DNA of 64,000 nt from Candidatus Magasanikiibacteriota bacterium. GTDB taxonomy: Bacteria; Patescibacteriota; Patescibacteriia; Magasanikbacterales; GWA2-37-8. The notes below the pieces were generated by a model. It was not told where the DNA came from. It was given only the letters and a program-made list of their open reading frames with translations, and searched no databases. Positions 10,151 to 17,899 of the stretch are shown here, one piece after another. Where the stretch lies: contig JBAYGI010000003.1 of NCBI GenBank assembly GCA_041666745.1, forward strand, positions 12,782 to 76,781, read 5' to 3'. The translations under genes were made by a program, and so were the position numbers. The stretch's first letter is position 1; the number at the start of each line of letters is the position of its first letter.

Positions 10151-10305
10151 TTTTTGTTTGGGTAGTGTGTATAATAGACGGTAATCATAACCACCTTGTG
10201 AATAAAAATTATTGAAACTATTTTGTTTTGTTTTAGTCAAATTTTTAGCAAGTTGGTTTATCAGTAGTTAGGCGACATACGATTTTTATTAAAAAACTGG
10301 AAACA

Positions 10306-10314
10306 CCCCCCCCC
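10306..10314 (+). repeat. Homopolymeric poly-C(9) tract 16 bp upstream of the 10330 start codon
   Basis: Nine consecutive C in a 33% GC genome; candidate slipped-strand phase-variation site. Confidence 0.8.
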
Positions 10315-10329
10315 TTAACCACTAGCGTT

Positions 10330-10971
10330 ATGGAAAACGAAATCCAAATCGGCCATGAGCCAAAACAAAATTGGTTATTGAAGCGAGTAAAAAAATATCA
10401 AGTTATTACTTTCACGTTTGGCTTCCTGCTCCTCAATCAACTTACAATGATTTTTGTATCTTATTTTGCCGATAAAAATTTATTTGTAAAAAATTTTGCC
10501 CTGAATATTTGGTTTTGGGCAATCGGCATACCGATAATTTACTTTCTACAATGGTTATTAGTTATTTGGGTAGCATCAAAGTTCTCGAAGGAAACATTAA
10601 AACAAAAATTTTCAAGACACCCCATAGCCACAATTATTCTTTTTATTTTGTATGTGACTAACTTACCATATAGATTATCTGAGTACGGTGGTGGCATCGT
10701 CGCTATTTTCGAAACAATAATATATTACGCATTTGTATCTTTTCTCTGGTGGCTATTGATTTGTTGGATTAGTAGTAAAATTTTTAAAAAACAGCGATTT
10801 GACTGGAGTTGGTATAAAAAAATAATTGAAAAAATTTTTGTTTTAATGCCGATTATCTACAAAATTATCCTTGGCTTAATAGTGGCGTTGGCATTATTCT
10901 TTGTCTTATTTATTTTAATAACAGTAGTTTTCAAATATTCAGGCCAAGATTTAAAAATGCTGTTTTCTTAA
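10330..10971 (+). CDS. Polytopic membrane protein (hypothetical), cassette A gene 1
   Basis: 213 aa, 5-6 predicted TM helices; no recognisable family. Confidence 0.45.
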   Translation: MENEIQIGHEPKQNWLLKRVKKYQVITFTFGFLLLNQLTMIFVSYFADKNLFVKNFALNIWFWAIGIPIIYFLQWLLVIWVASKFSKETLKQKFSRHPIATIILFILYVTNLPYRLSEYGGGIVAIFETIIYYAFVSFLWWLLICWISSKIFKKQRFDWSWYKKIIEKIFVLMPIIYKIILGLIVALALFFVLFILITVVFKYSGQDLKMLFS

Positions 10972-10988
10972 TCATTGACAAAATCACT

Positions 10989-11249
10989 ATGAGAACAATC
11001 GGCAAAATAATCGGCTACCTAATGTGGATCGGAGCAGGAATCCTAATGTTTATTTTTTGGCTCCTGGCCATGAGTAAATGGTTGGGTTTACTCGGTACAA
11101 TACTCGCTTTCGTTTTAAGTCCTGGCTTAGTTATATTTCCGATAGTATTTTGGATTGTCGAGGGGGTGTTCCCAGCTTTCTATTTCATAATTTGGGGCTT
11201 TGGTATAGTTGGGTTGATAATCGGCGGCATTTCGAGTCGCAACGATTAA
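10989..11249 (+). CDS. Small membrane protein (hypothetical), cassette A gene 2
   Basis: 86 aa, three hydrophobic helices. Confidence 0.4.
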   Translation: MRTIGKIIGYLMWIGAGILMFIFWLLAMSKWLGLLGTILAFVLSPGLVIFPIVFWIVEGVFPAFYFIIWGFGIVGLIIGGISSRND

Positions 11250-11254
11250 TAAAA

Positions 11255-11424
11255 ATCGTACATCGCCTAACAGCGTGTATCTGGTTCAACAGATTTGGCT
11301 CATTAAATTTTAAAGGGATGCCAAATCTGCCTCACTCAAATTTCGCACACACTTATTGAAAAATTTAAGGATGTGTGCGAAACTTCAGATACACGCGAAC
11401 GTTGTGCGAAATTGTGAGGCAACC
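11255..11424 (+). repeat. attC-like composite palindrome (junction cassette A/B)
   Basis: GCCTAAC-agcgtgtatctg ... cagatacacgcg-aacGTTgtgcg; nested palindromes cagatttggc/gccaaatctg and tttcgcacac/gtgtgcgaaa. Confidence 0.55.
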
Positions 11425-11452
11425 TAATAAATTTTAATTCCGCTTTTTTCTT

Positions 11453-11758
11453 ATGAAGTTCGATAAACTAGTTCGGGATAATATCCCCGATATTATAAAA
11501 AAAGATGGTAAGGAGCCGTTTACTCGTATTGCCGAAGATAAAGAGTTCGAGGAAGCTTTGACGCGCAAATTGCACGAAGAGGCCGGCGAATTTTTAGAAA
11601 ATCCAAGTGTAGAAGAGGCCGCCGATATTTTAGAGGTCTTGCATGCAATTTGCGCTCTGAAAGGTGTGGACTTACAAACTTTAGAGGAAGTTCGCCAGAA
11701 AAAAGCGGAAGAACGTGGAGGTTTCACGCAAAGGATTATTTTGGATAGAACAGAGTAA
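11453..11758 (+). CDS. MazG-like (all-alpha NTP pyrophosphohydrolase / HisE-like) nucleotide pyrophosphohydrolase, cassette B
   Basis: 101 aa; KLVRDNIPDII ... EExxEExxE ... DILEVL pattern of MazG/PRA-PH superfamily; GC ~42%, higher than flanks. Confidence 0.65.
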   Translation: MKFDKLVRDNIPDIIKKDGKEPFTRIAEDKEFEEALTRKLHEEAGEFLENPSVEEAADILEVLHAICALKGVDLQTLEEVRQKKAEERGGFTQRIILDRTE

Positions 11759-11760
11759 TA

Positions 11761-11890
11761 CCGGGGCGGTTGCCTCACAACTTCGTACAACAGCGCATAT
11801 GCGGTTACGCTACGCTCCACCCAAATTCTGATTCGCTTCGCTCAACAGAACTTCGCATGATGCGCATACGTTAGGCAACATACTGGAAAC
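11761..11890 (+). repeat. attC-like palindromic junction cassette B/C
   Basis: ggttgcctcacaacttCGTACAAC-agcgcatatgcg ... gatgcgcatac-GTTAGGCaacatactggaaacc. Confidence 0.5.
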
Positions 11891-11947
11891 CTCTCGAATA
11901 AGACTTAAAATAATTATCGTAATTTATTTATTCAACTAACTTAAAAT

Positions 11948-12202
11948 ATGGAACGAAAAGATTATCCAACACCGTTTTCAGAAGCCGAAACAAGAAGTTT
12001 TTGGAACGGGCTTAGTAAAGAACAAAGGATAGATTTTTTAAAAAAAGCTAACCATTCACTCGGCGCTTCTGAAACCGATCTTATGCCTTGCGCTGATTAT
12101 GATTGGGATTCTATGTCTGAAAATGGACTAACTACGCAACTTAAGGAACATTTACCTAAAATCGGTAGATTTTTTGAAGCCGAGCTTAAGGCGGGACAAT
12201 AA
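11948..12202 (+). CDS. Hypothetical 84-aa protein, cassette C
   Basis: ORF bracketed by ~50-bp imperfect inverted repeats (11869-11920 vs 12207-12248); no family recognised. Confidence 0.4.
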   Translation: MERKDYPTPFSEAETRSFWNGLSKEQRIDFLKKANHSLGASETDLMPCADYDWDSMSENGLTTQLKEHLPKIGRFFEAELKAGQ

Positions 12203-12206
12203 ATTA

Positions 12207-12262
12207 CGAGAATTATTTTAAGAGTCGGTTTCCAGTACATTGCCTAACAGCGTGTATACAGC
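12207..12262 (+). repeat. Right terminal inverted repeat of cassette C plus conserved GCCTAACagcgtgtat motif
   Basis: Reverse complement matches 11869-11920; 16-mer gcctaacagcgtgtat also present at 11265-11280. Confidence 0.55.
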
Positions 12263-12312
12263 ATTAAAACGATGCATACCCGCGGCGCATTCGGCGAAAT
12301 AACAATAAATTT

Positions 12313-12549
12313 ATGTCTAAACATTTATTATTCATGGAAATAAAAGACAAGGTTCTGTTAAAAAATAATGGATGTTGCCCACTTCACTACTTGCCTCATA
12401 AATTACCTATTGGCGAACCTATAATAAATGAACCTTGTCATACACACACAATATACTGGAGAAGATGGCACCATAACTTTTTTTGTCAAATGCTTAATTG
12501 CCCAAATTATCCAGCTATGAGGAAGAGCAAAACTCTAGAGACACACTGA
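12313..12549 (+). CDS. Cys/His-rich 78-aa hypothetical protein (possible zinc binding); coding status uncertain
   Basis: CCPLH...CHTHT...HHNFFC...CPNYP; no SD inspected. Confidence 0.25.
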   Translation: MSKHLLFMEIKDKVLLKNNGCCPLHYLPHKLPIGEPIINEPCHTHTIYWRRWHHNFFCQMLNCPNYPAMRKSKTLETH

Positions 12550-12590
12550 ATAAAATCCAGAATCTATTTTAAACAGACTCAAATCCCCCT

Positions 12591-13148
12591 ATGAAAAAAT
12601 ATCAAAATGTTTGGGAGTCAGCCCTACCATATTTAAAGAAAGGCATTAACAAAAACTTTATCATTCATACTAAGGGGGTTGTTAAAGCTATGGAAATGAT
12701 TCTCAAGAAGGAAAAAAGCGATCCGGATATCTTGATACCGGCTGCCATACTCCATGATGTAGGCTGGGCAAATGTTCCAAAAAAATATCAATGCACCACA
12801 AACAAAGCTGATAAGCTTCATGGCATGAAACTTCATATTGAATTGGCTCCAGAAATTATCAAGGAAGTTCTTTGGTCGGTAAATTATAAAATTTCTCAAA
12901 TCAATGAAATAATCGAAATTGTTCAAGCGCATAAATTTAGTAAGCCAAGAAAATTAAGTAAGCAAATATTGATTGATGCCGACCAACTTTCCGATGCTTT
13001 CAAAGAACAATTTTATAGTGACGTAAAAGCCTACAATTCTACACCTGAAAAGCTTTATAATTTTAGAATGAGTGATAATATTTTCTATACGAAAGTGGCA
13101 AAAGATATTTTTTTGAAACAAATGAAACAGAGAAAAAGTGAGTTTTAA
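12591..13148 (+). CDS. HD-domain phosphohydrolase
   Basis: 185 aa; H...HD motif (HTKG ... ILHDVGW) and downstream D. Confidence 0.6.
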   Translation: MKKYQNVWESALPYLKKGINKNFIIHTKGVVKAMEMILKKEKSDPDILIPAAILHDVGWANVPKKYQCTTNKADKLHGMKLHIELAPEIIKEVLWSVNYKISQINEIIEIVQAHKFSKPRKLSKQILIDADQLSDAFKEQFYSDVKAYNSTPEKLYNFRMSDNIFYTKVAKDIFLKQMKQRKSEF

Positions 13149-13194
13149 AATATGAAGTTTAAAAAAGATAAACATAAATCTGATAAAAATTAAA

Positions 13195-13230
13195 AACAAA
13201 AAAACCACACTAACTAAGTGTGGTTTTTGA
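13195..13230. terminator. Bidirectional rho-independent terminator between convergent genes
   Basis: A-run, hairpin ccacac-taactaa-gtgtgg, then T-run. Confidence 0.6.
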
Positions 13231-13238
13231 TATGGCAA

Positions 13239-13655
13239 TTAACTCAAACCTAAAATTGGTCTTATTTGTATGAAATCATTTTCTAACACTACGACTCTAT
13301 CGTCAAGTTTTCTTACATTGTGAGCATTGACCAGTGTTTCTTCATCTTTTTTCTTATACATACCAACAAACGCATCCAAAGTATTCATGATTTTTGAGAT
13401 ATCTTCCTTGTTAACCATAATGTCCATCATTTTTGAAATATCATCTTTGGTAGCCATAATATCTATGATTTTTGAGACATCTTCCTTGGTGACATCCAAA
13501 CTTTCTTTAATTCTATCCAGATGCTCGGTATGATCAGCCACTGTACGAGCTATAAGACCCAGCTGATCTTCTTGATCATCAAAACGTTTGTTGACTTCCA
13601 CAAAACTAACGTCGTGTTCTTTGAGTTTTTTGATAACTTCCTCCATATAAATCAA
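13239..13655 (-). CDS. Hypothetical protein with three tandem 12-aa repeats (KEDxSKIxDIMxx)
   Basis: 138 aa; 36-bp DNA tandem repeats at ~13370-13480. Confidence 0.45.
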   Translation of the reverse strand: MIYMEEVIKKLKEHDVSFVEVNKRFDDQEDQLGLIARTVADHTEHLDRIKESLDVTKEDVSKIIDIMATKDDISKMMDIMVNKEDISKIMNTLDAFVGMYKKKDEETLVNAHNVRKLDDRVVVLENDFIQIRPILGLS

Positions 13656-13660
13656 TATTG

Positions 13661-13999
13661 TTATTTATGTTCATGCCCGCACCCACAAGAATCTTCCACT
13701 TTGTCCTCGCACTTCCCTTCTTCACAACATTTTTCCTCACATTTTTTGTCACCTTTACAACTGCAGACACATTCGCCACCGCAACAACTTTTTTTGCTGA
13801 AAATATAAATATATAATATTTCCAAAATACCAACTGTGTTTACCAATAATAAAACCACAAACCAAGCCACATTTCCCTTTCTGGCCGCCAACCACAAGGC
13901 TCTGCCTTTCCAATAAAATAGCCAAACAAAAAACGCGACAAAAAATATACCAAAGAAACCAAAAAAACTACCGACTCCGTAACCCATAAAATTTTGCAT
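13661..13999 (-). CDS. Small membrane protein with C-terminal cysteine-rich (metallothionein-like) tail
   Basis: 112 aa; two to three TM helices then SCCGGECVCSCKGDKKCEEKCCEEGKCEDKVEDSCGCGHEHK. Confidence 0.5.
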   Translation of the reverse strand: MQNFMGYGVGSFFGFFGIFFVAFFVWLFYWKGRALWLAARKGNVAWFVVLLLVNTVGILEILYIYIFSKKSCCGGECVCSCKGDKKCEEKCCEEGKCEDKVEDSCGCGHEHK

Positions 14000-14027
14000 A
14001 TAGATTTTAAATTAATGAATAAAATTT

Positions 14028-15389
14028 TTAAATTATTACTTCGTTATTTATTTTTGCAGTATCCACATCCAGTCCATATACATCTTTTAGGTGTTTGACC
14101 AAACTGCCAGATGCTTCCGGTTCACCATGGTTTAAAATAATTTTCTTTGGCCTTTTGGCCGAACTGCCAAGCCAAACAGTGAGTTTATCTCTATCTCCAT
14201 GCGCGGAAAATGCTCCAATCGCTTTTACTTTGCAATGTACAGCCACACTCTCTCCCATCACATCTACCGGACTATGCCCGTCCAAAATTTTTCTTCCCAA
14301 TGTCCCCTGCGCCTGATAACCAATGATCAACAGTGTACTTTTGTCATCGGACAAATAACGTAATGCGTGGTGCAAAATTCTTCCACCATTCATCATCCCC
14401 GCTCCGGCAATAATTATTTTTGGGGGGCGAGTATTGTTGATTTTCATGGATTCGGCTTTGTTTTCAGTTTCGGTCAAACCGGCAAAGGTAAAAAGATCGT
14501 CTCCGGATTTCAGCCATTTATATGCTTCTTCATCGTAATATTTGGTAAATTTACGATAAACTTTGGTAGCACCAATCGCCAGAGGGCTATCCAAAAAAAT
14601 CGGCACGCGGGGTAATTTGTGTTTATGATCTATTAAATCATTCAAATCATAAAGTAACTCCTGTGTACGTTCCAAAGAAAATGACGGGATCATCATCACC
14701 CCACCACGTTGCATCGCTTGCAAAACCATTTCTTCCAAAATTTCACGTCTCGCTTGATCCGATTCGTGACGCCTATCGCCATAGGTAGATTCACATACTA
14801 CCAAATCTACATCTTCGGGAAGTTTGTCGGTATCACGCAAAATCGGCACATTGATATTACCAATATCTCCGGAAAAAATAACTTTTTTATTTTCCGCCTG
14901 CAATTCCACAAATACCGATCCAAAGATGTGCCCGGCTTCGTAAAATTTTATTTTAACAGTTTTGTCCTGAAACAAATCCAATTCGTCATAATAATCCAAC
15001 GATTTGAACTGGCTCATCACTCCGGCAATATCTTGTTCTTCATATAAAATCGGACTGCCGAATTTTCGGTGGTTATATTCCATGATCGAATGGGCGTCAC
15101 GCAAAATAAGCTCAGTCAATTCAATAGTGGCCGGAGTGGCGTAAAAAAATCCGGAGTAACCATTTTTGATCAACACAGGCAAACGGCCGGTGTGATCCAA
15201 ATGGGCGTGAGTCACTAATACCGCAGACAGCTCTTTGGCATCAAAAGCCAACGGATCATGATTTTTACCCTCATTAAAATCACTACCCTGAAACATGCCA
15301 CAATCCACTAAGATTTTTTTATTCCCACTTTCAACTAGACTGCAAGAACCTGTAACCTCGCCTGCCGCGCCAAAAAAACGGATTTTCAT
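14028..15389 (-). CDS. MBL-fold beta-CASP family hydrolase (RNase J / CPSF-like ribonuclease)
   Basis: 453 aa; HxHxDH motif (THAHLDHTG); beta-CASP-type spacing of D/H motifs. Confidence 0.75.
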   Translation of the reverse strand: MKIRFFGAAGEVTGSCSLVESGNKKILVDCGMFQGSDFNEGKNHDPLAFDAKELSAVLVTHAHLDHTGRLPVLIKNGYSGFFYATPATIELTELILRDAHSIMEYNHRKFGSPILYEEQDIAGVMSQFKSLDYYDELDLFQDKTVKIKFYEAGHIFGSVFVELQAENKKVIFSGDIGNINVPILRDTDKLPEDVDLVVCESTYGDRRHESDQARREILEEMVLQAMQRGGVMMIPSFSLERTQELLYDLNDLIDHKHKLPRVPIFLDSPLAIGATKVYRKFTKYYDEEAYKWLKSGDDLFTFAGLTETENKAESMKINNTRPPKIIIAGAGMMNGGRILHHALRYLSDDKSTLLIIGYQAQGTLGRKILDGHSPVDVMGESVAVHCKVKAIGAFSAHGDRDKLTVWLGSSAKRPKKIILNHGEPEASGSLVKHLKDVYGLDVDTAKINNEVII

Positions 15390-15524
15390 AAAAATAACTA
15401 AGTTTTAGATAGTATTATTTTACCCCATTACAAAACTATATACAAGCTTATGATTTTGTGATAAAATATTTTCAAGTATCGGATTGAAAAAATGGCTAAA
15501 AAACCACTTTAAAAACCAGCAATT

Positions 15525-16166
15525 ATGCGCCGTAATTTGGAAAATATTGAGATAGTAGAACCACCAATCGAAGAACTAACCAAAAAAAGATCATGGAAAG
15601 GAGCCTGTTTTACCAGTTGCTTGTTTTTGGTAATTCTGGCAGTAGCGGCAATTATCGGTATTCGTTTTTATGTTGGCCCCGGTCCAAAAAACAGCAATGC
15701 TATTCCAAACAATTTTCCGGCAGATATTCCAGTTTACGATAAAGATAATATCGAAAATATCACAGTCATTTCAGCTCGTTACAAAGAACGCGGTTTGAGC
15801 ATAGCCACCATCTTACCGAAATTGGTACTCTCACCGGTGTTTTACAATTCCGACAATTCCACCAATGGCGGTTCTCTACAAAATATTTGGAAAACTATTT
15901 CTACACCAAACAACAACTACCGCGATAGCATCCAAATTGAATGGCAAAATATAAACGCTGATCCGAGTTTTGTTATCGCTTATTATAAAAAAGAATTAAA
16001 AAAGAAGAATTTTAAAATTGATATCGAGTCTGAAGGGAAAACAATTCAACAATTTTCATTTAGTCGTGAAGACGGTTTGGACGGATCGGTGCTTGCCCAA
16101 GTCAATGATGAAAAAAAATCCGGTACTGATTATATGATTTTGACCATAAATTTACCCAAACAATAA
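15525..16166 (+). CDS. Membrane-anchored hypothetical protein
   Basis: 213 aa; single N-terminal TM; no family recognised. Confidence 0.4.
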   Translation: MRRNLENIEIVEPPIEELTKKRSWKGACFTSCLFLVILAVAAIIGIRFYVGPGPKNSNAIPNNFPADIPVYDKDNIENITVISARYKERGLSIATILPKLVLSPVFYNSDNSTNGGSLQNIWKTISTPNNNYRDSIQIEWQNINADPSFVIAYYKKELKKKNFKIDIESEGKTIQQFSFSREDGLDGSVLAQVNDEKKSGTDYMILTINLPKQ

Positions 16167-17782
16167 TGTTAAAAATTTTAAACTCTCAATCCAAAACCAT
16201 CACCGGAGCGGCCATTATTTTATCTGGCGCTACTTTGTTGTCTCGTTTGGTCGGAATCATTCGTGATCGAGTTTTGGCTCACTACTATGGTGCCGGTCCA
16301 GTGATGGATACTTATTACGCCGCTTTTAAAATTCCTGATCTGATTTATAGCCTATTGATTGTAGGCGCACTCACCGCCGGCTTCATCCCCACCTTCACCA
16401 GACTTCTCAGTGAAAAAGATAACAACAAACGCGCTTGGCACCTCACCAACAATCTTCTAAATATTTTGGGGTTATCCTTGATAGTATTATGTTCACTCGG
16501 TGTTATTTTTGCCCCGGTTTTAAACAAAATTATTGCCCCCGGATTTCATGGTGAAAATTTGACGCGCGTCATTTCTTTTACTCGCATCATGTTTTTATCG
16601 CCAATTTTTTTGGGTATTTCCATGATTATGGGTGGGGTGTTGCAATCACTGCGTCGTTTTGTCTTGTATGCTATTGCTCCAATTTTTTATAATTTCGGAA
16701 TTATCTTTGGAGCGACAGTATTGGTAAGACTTTTGGGAGAAAATGGTTTGGCTTGGGGAGTGGTGTTGGGAGCTGTCGTGCATTGTATTATACAAATATA
16801 CGGAACTTGGCATGTCGGCTGGCGTTTTCATTTTAGTTTTGACACCAAAGATAAAGATACCGGCACAGTTGTCAAATTGATGATACCTCGCACTTTGGGA
16901 TTGGCGATTACCCAACTGAATCAGGTCGTAGTTACCATGCTGGCCTCTTTTTTACCGGTAGGCAGTATTGCTGTTTACAACTATGCTAACAATTTACAAG
17001 CTGTACCGGTTGGAGTTTTGGCTATCCCGTTTGCACTAGCAATTTTTCCATTGCTATCTTCAGCGGCCGCCGAAAACGATATGCAACAATTCACCAATCA
17101 CCTATCCGGTGTTATTCGACAAATATTATTTTTAATTGTGCCGGCAGCCGTACTGATTTTATTACTACGAGCACAAATTGTCCGAGTAATTTTGGGTAGT
17201 GGTCAGTTTGATTGGAACGCAACTATCAACACCGCTGATGCTCTGGCTTTTTTTTCATTAGGTCTAGTCGCTCAGGCTTTGATCCCGGTATTATCACGAG
17301 CCTTTTTCGCGCTTTCCAATACCAAAACCCCATTTGTAATTGGAATAATTTCAGAATTAATTAGTATTATCGCCGCTTTGATTTTAATGAAACCGTTGGG
17401 GGCGGCCGGTTTGGCATTGGCGTGTTCAATTGGAGTTACAATCAATTTGATTTTATTATGGATAAGTTTGAGGTCAGAAACAAAAACTTTGAACGAATCG
17501 GAAATTCTATCTTTGATTTACAAAATAGCATTGGCGAGTATTGTGATGGGAATAATAGTTCAAGCTCTAAAATATCCATTAGCCAAATTATTAAACCAAC
17601 AATTTTTCTGGGGAATTTTCGGACAGGGCGCTATTGCCGGTGTAACCGGTATTGTTGTTTATTTTTCCTTGTGCTATATATTAAGGGTACCGGAATTCAT
17701 GCAACTCAAAGACAGTTTTGCCAAACGCTGGCTCAAATTACGCAATATTAATGCCACTGAAATAATTGAAAATAAGGATTAA
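16166..17782 (+). CDS. murJ: Lipid II flippase MurJ (MviN)
   Basis: 538 aa, 14 TM helices; conserved MurJ N-terminal region (GAAIILSGATLLSRLVGIIRDRVLAHYYGAG). Confidence 0.85.
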   Translation: MLKILNSQSKTITGAAIILSGATLLSRLVGIIRDRVLAHYYGAGPVMDTYYAAFKIPDLIYSLLIVGALTAGFIPTFTRLLSEKDNNKRAWHLTNNLLNILGLSLIVLCSLGVIFAPVLNKIIAPGFHGENLTRVISFTRIMFLSPIFLGISMIMGGVLQSLRRFVLYAIAPIFYNFGIIFGATVLVRLLGENGLAWGVVLGAVVHCIIQIYGTWHVGWRFHFSFDTKDKDTGTVVKLMIPRTLGLAITQLNQVVVTMLASFLPVGSIAVYNYANNLQAVPVGVLAIPFALAIFPLLSSAAAENDMQQFTNHLSGVIRQILFLIVPAAVLILLLRAQIVRVILGSGQFDWNATINTADALAFFSLGLVAQALIPVLSRAFFALSNTKTPFVIGIISELISIIAALILMKPLGAAGLALACSIGVTINLILLWISLRSETKTLNESEILSLIYKIALASIVMGIIVQALKYPLAKLLNQQFFWGIFGQGAIAGVTGIVVYFSLCYILRVPEFMQLKDSFAKRWLKLRNINATEIIENKD

Positions 17783-17789
17783 GTTTATA

Positions 17790-17890
17790 CGAGTAGCCCG
17801 CTTTATTGATTTGAGCGGGTTATGAGCCGAGGCTCATCCTTTCAGCCTCGCGGCTGAAAAAAGCGAAAACAATATAGCGGGCTACGATAA
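17790..17890. other. Structured intergenic element: 10-bp inverted repeat (gtagcccgct/agcgggctac) enclosing three hairpins
   Basis: Hairpins cccgct...agcggg, atgagc-cgag-gctcat, tcagcc-tcgc-ggctga; not followed by a T-run on either strand. Confidence 0.4.
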
Positions 17891-17899
17891 TTTTAATAT

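Larger units (their letters stand above)
10267..12262 (+). mobile_element. Integron-like cassette array lacking a linked integrase (CALIN-like): single-gene modules bounded by GTTRRRY...RYYYAAC inverted repeats and attC-like palindromic junctions
   Basis: See findings; boundaries GTTAGGC(10267)/GCCTAAC(11266), GTTGTGC(11399)/GTACAAC(~11780), GTTAGGC(11869)/GCCTAAC(12241). Confidence 0.5.

Noticed and set aside
12313-12549. Confident protein-coding call for the Cys/His-rich 78-aa ORF
   Set aside because: There is no recognisable family and an unusual composition. It may be a non-coding cassette remnant, so it is kept as low-confidence only.
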